A DNA stretch of 64,000 nucleotides from an uncultured Candidatus Rokubacteria bacterium (lineage in GTDB: Bacteria > Methylomirabilota > Methylomirabilia > Rokubacteriales > CSP1-6), in assembly GCA_963754315.1 (NCBI GenBank), contig CAVWFS010000011.1, forward strand, positions 64,001-128,000, given 5' to 3'. A model generated the notes under the pieces. It saw only the letters and a list, made by a program, of their open reading frames with translations, was not told the origin of the DNA and made no database searches. This document shows, in pieces, positions 48,210-57,524 of this stretch. Each line of letters starts with the position of its first letter. The stretch's first letter is position 1. Position numbers and translations under genes: made by a program.

Positions 48210-49880
48210 ATGGGCGCGTCGCGGACAGACACGGCCGCCGACCTCCTCGTGCGGTGCCTGGAGAACGAGGGCGTGCGGTACGTTTTTGGCTTGCCCGGCG
48301 AGGAAGTCCTGCACGTACTCGACGCGCTCTCGCGCAGCCGAGAGATCCGCTTCGTGGGGACACGCCACGAGCAGGGCGCGGCGTTCATGGCCGACGTCTA
48401 TGGCCGCTTGAGCACCTATCCCGGCGTGTGTCTGGCCACCCTCGGCCCAGGGGCCACGAATCTGGTCACGGGCATCGGCGACGCGCAGCTCGATCGGGCG
48501 CCCCTGGTTGCCATCACGGGCCAGGCGGGGCTGGAGCGCGTCTACAAGGAGAGCCACCAGTACATCGACGTCGTGCGGATGCTGGCGCCCATCACCAAGT
48601 GGAACGCGCGGGTCGAACGCGCCGATGCCTTGCCCGAGATGGTCCGCAAGGCATTTCGGCTGGCGCGGCTGGAGAAGCCTGGGGCCACCCATCTCGAACT
48701 GCCCGAGGATGTGGCAGCCTCCGAGGTGCCGGCGGCGCTGGCTCCGATGCCGGTGCGCCGCACGACCTATCCACGCGCGGGCGGGACCACGCTCGCCGAT
48801 GCGGCCAAGCGCCTTGCCCAGGCTCAGCGACCCCTGGTGCTCGCGGGCAACGGAGTCATCCGACGCCAGGCAAGCGGATACGGGGCCGTCGACGCCCTGG
48901 GAGATTTCGCAGTACGACTTCGCATCCCGGTCACCCACACGTTCATGGGGAAGGGCGCCCTGAGCTATCGCGAGCCTCTCGCCTTGCCGGCGGTGGGCCT
49001 GCTACGCGCGGGGGCCGACCTGGCGATCCTCGATGAACTAGCCCAGGCGGATCTGATCCTGGCCGTCGGCTACGACCTGGTCGAGTGGGCCCCCGCCGCC
49101 TGGAATGGCGGCTGCGACAAGGAGATCATTCACATCGACAGCACGCCGGCCGAGATCGACGGCCACTATCTGCCGACCATCGAGGTGGTGGGGGAGATCG
49201 GCGAGTCGCTCCGTGCTCTGACCGAGCTGAGCCAGGGGCACGCGGGGCAGTGGTGGCCGGACCGCCGAGACGTGCCCCACCCGCTGCTGAGCCGGCTCGC
49301 CAGCTACGCCAACGACGACAGCGTGCCGTTGAAGCCCCAGCGGGTCGTCTGGGATCTCCGGCAGGCGCTGGACGATGACGACATCCTGATCAGCGATGTC
49401 GGAGCCCACAAGGTCTGGCTTGCGCGTCTCTTTCCGACCAGCCGCGCAAACACCGTGATCATCTCCAATGGTTTCGCTTCCATGGGTATCGCTCTTCCGG
49501 GGGGGGTGGCCGCCAAGCTCGCCCATCCCACGCGCAAGGTGGTCGCGGTGAGCGGCGATGGCGGCTTCCTGATGAACTCCCAGGAGCTCGAGACGGCCCG
49601 GCGTCTCGGCACTGCCTTCGTCAACGTGGTATGGGCGGACGGCCGCTACGGCCTCATCGAGCTGAATCAGCGGCGACAGTTCGGCGACGCCTTCGGCGTC
49701 GAGTTCGGCGACGTCGACCTGATTCGCTATGCGGAAGCCTTCGGCCTGCCCGCCTGGCGGATCGAACGAGCAGCCGACCTGTTGCCCACCCTGCGCCGCG
49801 CCCTCGATGTCGAAGGGCCGTCTCTCATTGCCGTGCCCGTCGACTACGCCGAGAACCTTCGTCTCGCGGAGAGGGTTTAG
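48210..49880 (+). CDS. Acetolactate synthase large subunit-like ThDP enzyme
   Basis: FGLPGEE, RHEQGAAFMA, TLGPGATN, GDGG ThDP motif. Confidence 0.9.
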   Translation: MGASRTDTAADLLVRCLENEGVRYVFGLPGEEVLHVLDALSRSREIRFVGTRHEQGAAFMADVYGRLSTYPGVCLATLGPGATNLVTGIGDAQLDRAPLVAITGQAGLERVYKESHQYIDVVRMLAPITKWNARVERADALPEMVRKAFRLARLEKPGATHLELPEDVAASEVPAALAPMPVRRTTYPRAGGTTLADAAKRLAQAQRPLVLAGNGVIRRQASGYGAVDALGDFAVRLRIPVTHTFMGKGALSYREPLALPAVGLLRAGADLAILDELAQADLILAVGYDLVEWAPAAWNGGCDKEIIHIDSTPAEIDGHYLPTIEVVGEIGESLRALTELSQGHAGQWWPDRRDVPHPLLSRLASYANDDSVPLKPQRVVWDLRQALDDDDILISDVGAHKVWLARLFPTSRANTVIISNGFASMGIALPGGVAAKLAHPTRKVVAVSGDGGFLMNSQELETARRLGTAFVNVVWADGRYGLIELNQRRQFGDAFGVEFGDVDLIRYAEAFGLPAWRIERAADLLPTLRRALDVEGPSLIAVPVDYAENLRLAERV

Positions 49881-50818
49881 AGCAGACGGTCGAGGCGGAA
49901 GCGACCCTTGGCCTGCACCAGCGGCTTCCAGAGGTCGCCGAGCTTGCCCACGCGGGCGGGCACGTTGCGCAGGTGGAAGTCTTCGAGGCGAATACCGCGC
50001 TCGATCTCGCTCCAGGTCACGGGTGTGGACACGGCCGCCTTCGGGTGGGGCCGCACAGAGTACACCGAGGCCAGGGTCCGTCCCCAGGCGTTCTGGTTGT
50101 AGTCGACGAGAACGCGCCCGGCCGGACGGCGGCTGACCCGGTACTCGGCTGTGAGCAGCGCAGGGTGCAAGGAGGCCAGGCGGAGGGAGAAGCGCTTGGC
50201 GAAATCCCAGACGTCCTTCTGGGTCGGCCCGCGCACGATTGGCACATACACGTGGATGCCTCGCGAGCCCGTGGTCTTGGCGAAGGCCGGCATACCCAGG
50301 GCGTCGAGCCCGTCCCGCACGAGCAGGGCAGCCGCGCGGACGCGTTCGAACGGGGTCTCCGGCTTGCCCTTCACAGGATCGAGGTCGAAATGCAGATAGT
50401 CCGGCTTGTCCACCTCGTCGCACCGGGCGTACCACTGGTTGAGATCGATGCAGCCGAGATTGACCACCCACAGGAGCGAAGGAAGGTCCTGGATCATCGG
50501 GAAGTCGATGACGTTGCCCGAGGCGTGCTCGATCGAGCACAGCTCGATCCAGTCCGGTCGGGGCGACGGCGCGCGCTTCATGAAGAAGAACTCGCCCGCC
50601 GCGCCGTTGGGATAGCGCTTCATGACCATCGCCCGGTCGTGCAGATGAGGCAGCAGGACACCCGCGACGTCCGCGTAGTACTGAAGCAGGTCGCGCTTGA
50701 CGATGCCGAGGGCCGGCCAGAAGGGCTTGTCGAGGTTCGTGAGGTGGACGGTACGCGCTCCCACCCGCACGTCCACGGTCTCGGTATCACGGGGAAGCTC
50801 GATTCGGGTTACAGGCAT
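49877..50818 (-). CDS. Stand-alone LigD polymerase/primase (AEP PolDom)
   Basis: TNLDKPFW, KRYPNG, FFMKR, FDLDP, KTTGSRGIHVYVP, VDYNQN, VSTP. Confidence 0.92.
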   Translation of the reverse strand: MPVTRIELPRDTETVDVRVGARTVHLTNLDKPFWPALGIVKRDLLQYYADVAGVLLPHLHDRAMVMKRYPNGAAGEFFFMKRAPSPRPDWIELCSIEHASGNVIDFPMIQDLPSLLWVVNLGCIDLNQWYARCDEVDKPDYLHFDLDPVKGKPETPFERVRAAALLVRDGLDALGMPAFAKTTGSRGIHVYVPIVRGPTQKDVWDFAKRFSLRLASLHPALLTAEYRVSRRPAGRVLVDYNQNAWGRTLASVYSVRPHPKAAVSTPVTWSEIERGIRLEDFHLRNVPARVGKLGDLWKPLVQAKGRFRLDRLL

Positions 50819-50832
50819 TAATTCCTTGTCCG

Positions 50833-51486
50833 CTAGCTAGTTACGGAGTCCTTCTCGATATTTCTCTTGAGGATGCCGGGGCTCGGCGCCAGCCGTCGCG
50901 GGCGGGGCCCGTGGCGGGGGGTGCCCGCCACCGGCACGTACTGCAACTCGCTCTCGGCGGCCACGCAGCGTAGCAGGAGTCCGCCGCGGCTCATGTCCCC
51001 GCGCCCTACGAACTCGGCGGGAAAGCGCAGGCGTTCCCCGAGAACATCGGCCAGCAGGTCGACGTACTTGCCTGAGGCGACGCTGCCCAGCAGGACCACC
51101 TCGCAGCCAGCGCCGATGGCTTTGCCAAGGGCCCTGGTGTCGCGGAGCAGAGGCTCGCGGTAGCGGGGTTCCCGCGTGTCGATGGGCACCGCCGCAAAGC
51201 GGCGCAGGCGACTGACGTCGACCCGCTCTTCGGGCGGTCGAAGCCCATCGCAGGGCGTGATGATGACAACCCCGGGCACGCCAGGTGGTGGACTGGCGAA
51301 CATCTGGGCGTACGTCAACTTGCCGCGGAAGTAGAGGCCGCTCAAGAACGCGAAGGCCTCCCCCAGCGGGAGGCCTTCGGGCGCGTGCAGGCGGCGTGCG
51401 ACGGCAAACGTCGCTTGCTCATTGAACAAGAAGCGCGCGCGCTGGCCGGCGCACGAGGCGGGGGATAGGATGAACACCCGGTTCAT
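50833..51486 (-). CDS. Conserved-looking hypothetical protein between polX and PolDom
   Basis: MNRVFILSPA, FLSGLYFRGKL, VVLLGS, FVGRGDMSRGGLLLR; ATGA overlap with polX. Confidence 0.75.
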   Translation of the reverse strand: MNRVFILSPASCAGQRARFLFNEQATFAVARRLHAPEGLPLGEAFAFLSGLYFRGKLTYAQMFASPPPGVPGVVIITPCDGLRPPEERVDVSRLRRFAAVPIDTREPRYREPLLRDTRALGKAIGAGCEVVLLGSVASGKYVDLLADVLGERLRFPAEFVGRGDMSRGGLLLRCVAAESELQYVPVAGTPRHGPRPRRLAPSPGILKRNIEKDSVTS

Positions 51487-53022
51487 GGCCGGACGGCCGC
51501 CTGGAACTCGTCGGGGCCGAGCGTGTTCAGCACGTCCCGAGCAGTGAGCCATCCGCGCCGCGCCATGTCCACACCCCAGCGCAGGTAGGAGAGATCGGCC
51601 ACCGAGTGGGCGTCGCTCGACACCACGAACTTGAGACCGCGTCGGTGGGCCTCACGGATCCAGCGGGGTTCCATGTCCAGACGATGGGGATCGCCGTTGA
51701 CCTCGATCGCTGCGCGGGTCGCCGTCATGGCATCGAGGATCTCCTCGACGTCGCAGTCGATGGGCGGGCGCCGGAGCACGTAGCGTCCGAGGGCGTGGCC
51801 CCAGATCTTGAAGCACGGATGGCGCATGGCGGTGACGATCCGGCGCGTCATCTGCTGGGTGTCCATCCGGTGACGATGGTGAATGCTGGCGATGACCACG
51901 TCGAGCTGCTTGAGAACGGCATCCGGATAATCCAGGGAGCCATCGGCCAGAATGTCGGATTCCGTCCCCCGCAGAAGCCGCACGGTAACGTTCTCCTGGA
52001 CGCGGGCAATCTCGTCCCACTGGCGGCGAAGACGATCGAGCGGGAGGCCCCGCGCGTAGGACGCCGTGACCGAGTGGTCGGTGATGGTCAGGTATTGCAT
52101 GCCGAGCGCGTCGGCCGCGCGCGCCATCGCCTCCACCGAGTCCCTGCCGTCTGAGTAGGTCGTGTGGCAGTGGACCATGCCACGGAGGTCGGCGAGCGTG
52201 AGGAGATCGACCGGCAAGGTCGCCGTGGCGGCCGCTTCCACCTCTCCTGCGTCCTCCCGCAACTCGGGCGGGATCGGGGCCAACCCGAGGTGGCGATAGA
52301 TGTCGGCCTCGCCGCGCACGACGAGGCGGCGCCCTCGACGCCGAAGCCCGGTCGTGTCCATGACCATGCCCCGCTCCCGAGCCGATCGCGGCGAGCTTGG
52401 CCAGATGGCCTTCCGAGCCGGTCAGCCGGTGGAGGGTCACCGCGAACGCGGGCAGGGGCACCACGCTCGCGCTGAGGAGAAGGCCGCCGGCCAGACGGAG
52501 GACGATTCGCTCGGCACCGCGCTCGAGCAGCTCCGCCGTCAACGGAAAGCGAGCGAGGTGCTCGAGGACCGCGGGCGGCTCGTCGGTGGCCACGACCAGG
52601 TCGAGTTGCGACACGCTCTCGGCTCGCCGGCGCAGGGCGCCCGCCAAGTCTGCGTGCGCCACGGCCGGATGTGCGCGAACGTAGGCGAGGACTCCGTCAC
52701 CTTCGGCGGTCGCTGCATGAAGGAGCGCGACCGAGGGCCGGGGAGCCAGCTGCTTGAGGTCAACTCGCTGACGGAGCTCGGCCAACAGCGTGCTCTGACC
52801 CGTGCGCACGAGCTCCCCGATGGTGTTCGCCAGGTGAGGGCCGATGTCCCGGACGCGGAGCAGCCGTCCCTCCGCGATCAGCACAGGCAGAGGCTCGGTG
52901 AGCGCCTCGACCGCGCGAGCGGCGCGCGCGTACGCCCGCGCCCGGAAGGGTTGGGTCCCCTCGGCCTCGAGAAGGAGCCCGATCTCGCGCAGGGCGCCGG
53001 CGACACGAACATGGTCGAGCAC
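51483..53022 (-). CDS. polX: PolX-PHP family protein with degenerate polymerase site (apparent +1 frameshift ~52383)
   Basis: FRARAY, AGALRR, TGS..H, IPPELRE; PHP motifs HCHT, TDHS, ESDI, WGH, SDAH. Confidence 0.85.
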
Positions 53023-53086
53023 GTCCTCAGTGTAGCGTGCCCTTGGCAGGCAAGGCGTGCTGAAGGGGCAGTGCTAGACTCGAGCG

Positions 53087-53686
53087 ATGGAGGCGTGCTG
53101 CGCGGTACGCGCTGTTCCCGAGCGCCAACGGCGCGTCCTGCAACTCGTGCTCGGGATCAATGGCGCCATGTTCCTGGTGGAGTTCGTGGCTGGAGTGGCC
53201 GCGAGCTCGACCGCGCTGCTCGCCGACTCGATCGACATGCTGGGCGACGCGATCGTGTACGGGTTCAGCCTGTACGTCGTCACCAGGGGCGTCAGATGGC
53301 AGGCACGTGCCGCCCTGTTGAAGGGTGTCATCATGGCCGCATTCAGCGTGGGCCTCCTCGTGCAGGTGGCGCTCAAGCTTGCGCTCGGCTTCAAGCCGAG
53401 CGCGGCGGTGATGGGAGCCATCGGCCTCCTCGCGCTAGGCGCCAATCTCGCCTGCCTGGGCCTCCTGTGGGGACGACGCGACGATGATATCAACATGCGA
53501 TCCGTGTGGATCTGCTCCCGCAACGACGTCATGGGGAACCTTGGCGTATTGCTCGCCGCCGCTGGTGTCGCCCTCACCGGTGGCCCCTGGCCGGATATCG
53601 TGATCGGCCTCCTGCTGACCGCGGTCTTTGCGAGCTCGGCCGTCAAGGTCATCGGGGAGGCGCGGCGCCAGCTGGCGGTGACCTGA
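53087..53686 (+). CDS. CDF-like cation transporter (membrane domain only)
   Basis: STALLADSIDMLGDA, NMRSVWICSRND, WPD. Confidence 0.85.
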   Translation: MEACCAVRAVPERQRRVLQLVLGINGAMFLVEFVAGVAASSTALLADSIDMLGDAIVYGFSLYVVTRGVRWQARAALLKGVIMAAFSVGLLVQVALKLALGFKPSAAVMGAIGLLALGANLACLGLLWGRRDDDINMRSVWICSRNDVMGNLGVLLAAAGVALTGGPWPDIVIGLLLTAVFASSAVKVIGEARRQLAVT

Positions 53687-54572
53687 GATCCAACGCCCGA
53701 ATCTTCTGGGCGAGTACGAGACCGATCCGGTGATGGACCTCGGCGCTCGCGTGCACGTCATTGGGGCCCACCACGCGGGCCGGTATCGGAAGGCCGGCAA
53801 CCAATTCCTCGACACTGATGACATCGGCGCCGCGAGCGCGCATGTGCTCGGTGACGACCTGGGCGTAGTTCAAGAACCCCGGATCGGGCAGATAGGGAAA
53901 GACGACCACGATGAGCGGGATCCCGGTCCGGACGAAATCGTCCAGCTCGCGTAGATGCGACTGCACGATGTCCTGGCGCGACCACACCTCGCGATAGTGC
54001 CGCAGGATCGGCTCGTAGTCGACGCGCGAGAGCGACCAGTACGCGTAGTTGGCGAGCCGGGACGTGGTGACCACGGCCCGAGCTGGCCGTGAGAGCCCCG
54101 CGTACATGACGACCTGGGGCGGATCGGGTATCCCCGCCACTTTGACCGCGGCGTCGATGTCGTTCCCGAAGTAGGACAGCACGACGACGTGGGGCGGCTG
54201 CGGAAGCTTCCGGAGGATATCCAGTTCGTCTCTGGTGTCCAGTCCTGGCCGGGCCGCCACACTCACCCGGAACGCTCCGGGGGCCGCCTGTTCCAGAAGG
54301 TCAGCGAGCAGCCAGGGGAATGCGTCCTTCGGATTGCAGATACCGAGTCCGGCCGCGAACGAGTCACCGAGAACCAGGATGCGGGTGGGGGCAGTGCTCG
54401 AGTTACTGCTCGGCTGCTCGCGGAACCCGGAGGCGTCGGTCCGCCAGCACTGATCGCGCCAGAGTGCGGTCGCGGACAGATCCCGCGAGGGTATCGCCGT
54501 TCGGAATAGGATCTCGCCAGCGATCAGGCCGGCCAGGACTCCGGCAGCCACCAGGACCAGTCGCCATCCCAC
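53649..54572 (-). CDS. Membrane-anchored SGNH/GDSL hydrolase
   Basis: LGDSF, GND, DVHAS (DxH); GGAGGAGG RBS before GTG 54572. Confidence 0.82.
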   Translation of the reverse strand: MGWRLVLVAAGVLAGLIAGEILFRTAIPSRDLSATALWRDQCWRTDASGFREQPSSNSSTAPTRILVLGDSFAAGLGICNPKDAFPWLLADLLEQAAPGAFRVSVAARPGLDTRDELDILRKLPQPPHVVVLSYFGNDIDAAVKVAGIPDPPQVVMYAGLSRPARAVVTTSRLANYAYWSLSRVDYEPILRHYREVWSRQDIVQSHLRELDDFVRTGIPLIVVVFPYLPDPGFLNYAQVVTEHMRARGADVISVEELVAGLPIPARVVGPNDVHASAEVHHRIGLVLAQKIRALDLRSPPAGAAPPR

Positions 54573-54655
54573 TGACGCGGTTCCTCCTCCATCCGTGTTC
54601 CGCGCGATCGTAGCAGCTCCGCGCCCTGCCGCGGCATGCAAGACGGGCAGCACGA

Positions 54656-55240
54656 TCAGGCGAGCTTCAGTGCGATTTCTTCACCGTTGCCGATGGGAAC
54701 GGTCACCGCGAACAGCTGAGGGTGGGATTTCACACGGAGGAGGAACTCCTCGAGCTCGTGCGTGTGCGAGGTGACGTTGTCGGCAATGAGCATGCCTCCC
54801 GTCCGCAGCCGCGGAACGGCCAGCTCCAGGTACGAGAGATAGCTCGGTCGGTCCGCGTCGAGAAAGACGATGTCGAAGGGGCCGGGAAGCCTGGCGAGGG
54901 TGTCGGCGGCGGGCCCGGTGATGATCTCGACCAGACCGTCGAGGCCCGCGCTCGCCAGGTTGGCGCGGGCGAGAGCGACCTTGTCGGGGTTGACCTCAAG
55001 GGTGGTGACGCGCCCGCCGGTCGCGCGGGCCGCGTCGGCCAGCCAGATCGTCGAGAAGGCATTGGACGTGCCCACCTCCAGGATCCGCGTGGCGCCTGTG
55101 GCGCAGACGAGGAGCCAGAGGAGTCGACCCGTGTCCCGCGTGATGTTGAGCATGCGCTTTGGGCGCGCACTCTCGCGAGTGTCGTTATCCTCTCCGAACC
55201 TGGCCAGCCTCTCCAGCAGCGCTAGGAGCGAGTCGTCCAC
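54656..55240 (-). CDS. O-methyltransferase (family 3)
   Basis: ILEVGTSNAFS, FDIVFLDADR, LIADN. Confidence 0.88.
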   Translation of the reverse strand: MDDSLLALLERLARFGEDNDTRESARPKRMLNITRDTGRLLWLLVCATGATRILEVGTSNAFSTIWLADAARATGGRVTTLEVNPDKVALARANLASAGLDGLVEIITGPAADTLARLPGPFDIVFLDADRPSYLSYLELAVPRLRTGGMLIADNVTSHTHELEEFLLRVKSHPQLFAVTVPIGNGEEIALKLA

Positions 55241-55274
55241 GAGGACTCCTCATGCAGGCGCCCGTGCCCGGGCC

Positions 55275-55565
55275 TCATACGCCCTCGACCATGACCAGGT
55301 TCGTTCGCCCGGCCTTGAACCGGAGCGCCTTCGGCCCCCGGTACTCCTCGGAGTCGTACCAGCGCCGCGCGGCGTCCATGGTCGGAAACTCGAGGATCAC
55401 TAGTCGGGTCGGCTTCCACTCGCCCTCCACGGTTTGGTGGGCGCCCCCGCGGACCAGGAAACGCCCACCGTACTTGGTGACGGTCGCAGGCACCTGCTTG
55501 CGGTACTCGTCCATGGTGGCCGGGTCTGTGACCGTCACATCGGCGATGATGTAGGCTGGCATCAC
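55275..55565 (-). CDS. DUF1330 family protein
   Basis: YGGRFLVRGG, VILEFP, WYDSEEY. Confidence 0.9.
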   Translation of the reverse strand: MMPAYIIADVTVTDPATMDEYRKQVPATVTKYGGRFLVRGGAHQTVEGEWKPTRLVILEFPTMDAARRWYDSEEYRGPKALRFKAGRTNLVMVEGV

Positions 55566-56518
55566 GCACCTCCTTGGGAGACTTTGCCTGCTCGCGGCCA
55601 GCGGACCTTGCTGGCCGCCTTGTCGTCACGGAGTCCGAGAAAGGCCGGGTGGCGCAAACGGCCGTCGTCGGTCAGCTCGGTGTAGGCCACCTGGGCCACG
55701 AGCCGCGGCTCGAGCCAGGTGACGTTCCGCTCGCGGGGAAGATCGTAGAACGGGGAGGCTTGTCGCACTAGGGGCCCGAACTGCTTCATGAGATCGGTCA
55801 GCGTATTGCCAGTGAAGCCGGTGCCGACCTTGCCGGCGTAGCGCAGCTTACCCTGCTCCCACGCACCGACCAGGAGCGCTCCGAAGTGCTGACGTGATCC
55901 CTCCGGGCGCGTGAAACCGCCGATCACGAACTCATCCTCGTTACGCACCTTGACCTTGAGCCAATCCGGAGAGCGCGTGCCCGAGCGATATACCGAAGCG
56001 AGCCTCTTCGCCACCAAGCCCTCGAGACCCAGCTGCTGCGCCGTCTCGAAGGCCTTGAGCCCGCCGTCGGCAAGACGGCGGGCGAGCTGCAATGGCGGCT
56101 TCGGTTTCACTTCTGCCTCCAGCACACGCCTGCGTTCGGTCAGCGGCCGGCCGCGGAGATCCTGGCCGCGGGCGAACAGGCAGTCGAAGAGAGCGTAGAC
56201 CGGCTTCGCGGCGCCATCATCGCGGCGCTGCAAGAGCTGGAAGCGCGACACGCGCGAGGCCTCGAAGACCACGACCTCGCCGTCGAGCACGAGCGTGGGG
56301 GCGGGCAGGGCCGCGATGGCGGCGACGATGTCGGGAAAGTCGGCGGTGCGATCGCGGAGGTTACGCGAGAGCAGCCTGACTCCGGCGCCGTCCTTCTCGG
56401 CCAGGACGCGGATGCCATCGTACTTCTCCTCGTATACCCAGCCTGGGCGGTGAAAGGGCGCATTGGTCAGCGAGGCGAGCATGGGCGGGCCAGCAGGGGG
56501 TAGGCGGTCCGCGGCCAC
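55562..56518 (-). CDS. Stand-alone LigD ATP-dependent ligase domain
   Basis: EEKYDG, LDGEVV, FD, EGLVAK, WLKVK, OB-fold KVGTGF...LRHPAFLGLRDDK. Confidence 0.93.
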   Translation of the reverse strand: MAADRLPPAGPPMLASLTNAPFHRPGWVYEEKYDGIRVLAEKDGAGVRLLSRNLRDRTADFPDIVAAIAALPAPTLVLDGEVVVFEASRVSRFQLLQRRDDGAAKPVYALFDCLFARGQDLRGRPLTERRRVLEAEVKPKPPLQLARRLADGGLKAFETAQQLGLEGLVAKRLASVYRSGTRSPDWLKVKVRNEDEFVIGGFTRPEGSRQHFGALLVGAWEQGKLRYAGKVGTGFTGNTLTDLMKQFGPLVRQASPFYDLPRERNVTWLEPRLVAQVAYTELTDDGRLRHPAFLGLRDDKAASKVRWPRAGKVSQGGA

Positions 56519-56519
56519 G

Positions 56520-57278
56520 TCAGCGACCGCGAGGGCGCCGCACCCGTGCGGCGGACCTGGCGGCAACCGAGCGCGTCTTCGGCGGACGCCGAGCGGTGTC
56601 AGGAGGGGCCACCGGCCGGGGCGGATCGGTGGCGGCGGCGACGGCGAGCTGCCGGGGGCTGGCCCCGGCGGCCTTGGCGATGCCGGCCATCGTGCGGCGG
56701 GAGACGACGGACAGGGGTTTGGTGACCGTCAGGTCCTCGGTGGAGACATAGGCGTCACGGTGTTTGATGAGGAGCCACTGGCGCTCGCCCCGGGTGCGGA
56801 CGAGCACCCACGACCCCCGGAGCTTGCGCCCGTGCACGGTGAACTTCAGGTCGCCCTTCGCCAAGGTGCGGTCCACGTCGTCGGTCTCCGGAACCCAGGT
56901 TCCCTGGTCCCAGATCATCACGGTGCCGCCGCCGTACTCGCCCTCGGGAATGACGCCCTCGAATTGGTTGTAGTCCATGGGATGTGGCTCGGTCTGCATG
57001 GCCAGCCGCTTGACGCTCGGATCGAGCGACGGCCCCTTCGGTACCGCCCAGGAGAGCATCACGCCATCGTGCTCGAGCCGGAAGTCGTAGTGCAGGTGGC
57101 TAGCGCGGTGCTTCTGCACCACGAACTCCCGGGGCCGGTCGGTTCGGCTAACGGCCCGCTTGGCGGCCGGTTTTCCCGCGGGCTCTGGCGTCACGTTGAA
57201 CCGCCGCTTGCGCTGATATTCGGCCAGACGACCGTACTGGCTCAGGTCGGGGAGGTCTCGTGTCTGAGGCTCGGTCAC
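56520..57278 (-). CDS. Stand-alone LigD 3'-phosphoesterase domain
   Basis: YQRKRRFNVTPEP, VQKHRASHLHYDFRLE, SWAVPKGPS, HPMDY, EGVIPEGEYGGG. Confidence 0.93.
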   Translation of the reverse strand: MTEPQTRDLPDLSQYGRLAEYQRKRRFNVTPEPAGKPAAKRAVSRTDRPREFVVQKHRASHLHYDFRLEHDGVMLSWAVPKGPSLDPSVKRLAMQTEPHPMDYNQFEGVIPEGEYGGGTVMIWDQGTWVPETDDVDRTLAKGDLKFTVHGRKLRGSWVLVRTRGERQWLLIKHRDAYVSTEDLTVTKPLSVVSRRTMAGIAKAAGASPRQLAVAAATDPPRPVAPPDTARRPPKTRSVAARSAARVRRPRGR

Positions 57279-57350
57279 CCCTCCACTCTAGTCAATGGCA
57301 GGGACGCGTGCAAAGTGCCACGCCGAGCGGGCGGGAGCGTGCTCGATACC

Positions 57351-57524
57351 TTACGTCCGAAGCCGGCGGCTGCGCGAAGTCAGGGTCCGGTCCCGCGCTC
57401 GGCGCAGGGGGACGGTGGCGCGGTAGCATCCCATGTGGATGAGGCGCTGCTTGTCGACGAACGCGACAGGTCCGCTTGTGGGCAATGGCTGACGACAAAT
57501 GGCACAGTCGGCTCTTCCGGTCAT
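57351..57524 (-). CDS. Small putative zinc-binding protein (CxxC...HxxC)
   Basis: GGAG-N6-ATG; MTGRADCAICRQPLPTSGPVAFVDKQRLIHMGCY. Confidence 0.55.
   Translation of the reverse strand: MTGRADCAICRQPLPTSGPVAFVDKQRLIHMGCYRATVPLRRARDRTLTSRSRRLRT

Noticed and set aside
57292..57325. sigma54-like motif upstream of the LigD phosphoesterase gene (minus strand)
   Set aside because: GG-N10-GC spacing fits but the -12 element (ACGC) is poor, and a TAGAGT -10 next to the start explains the promoter more simply.
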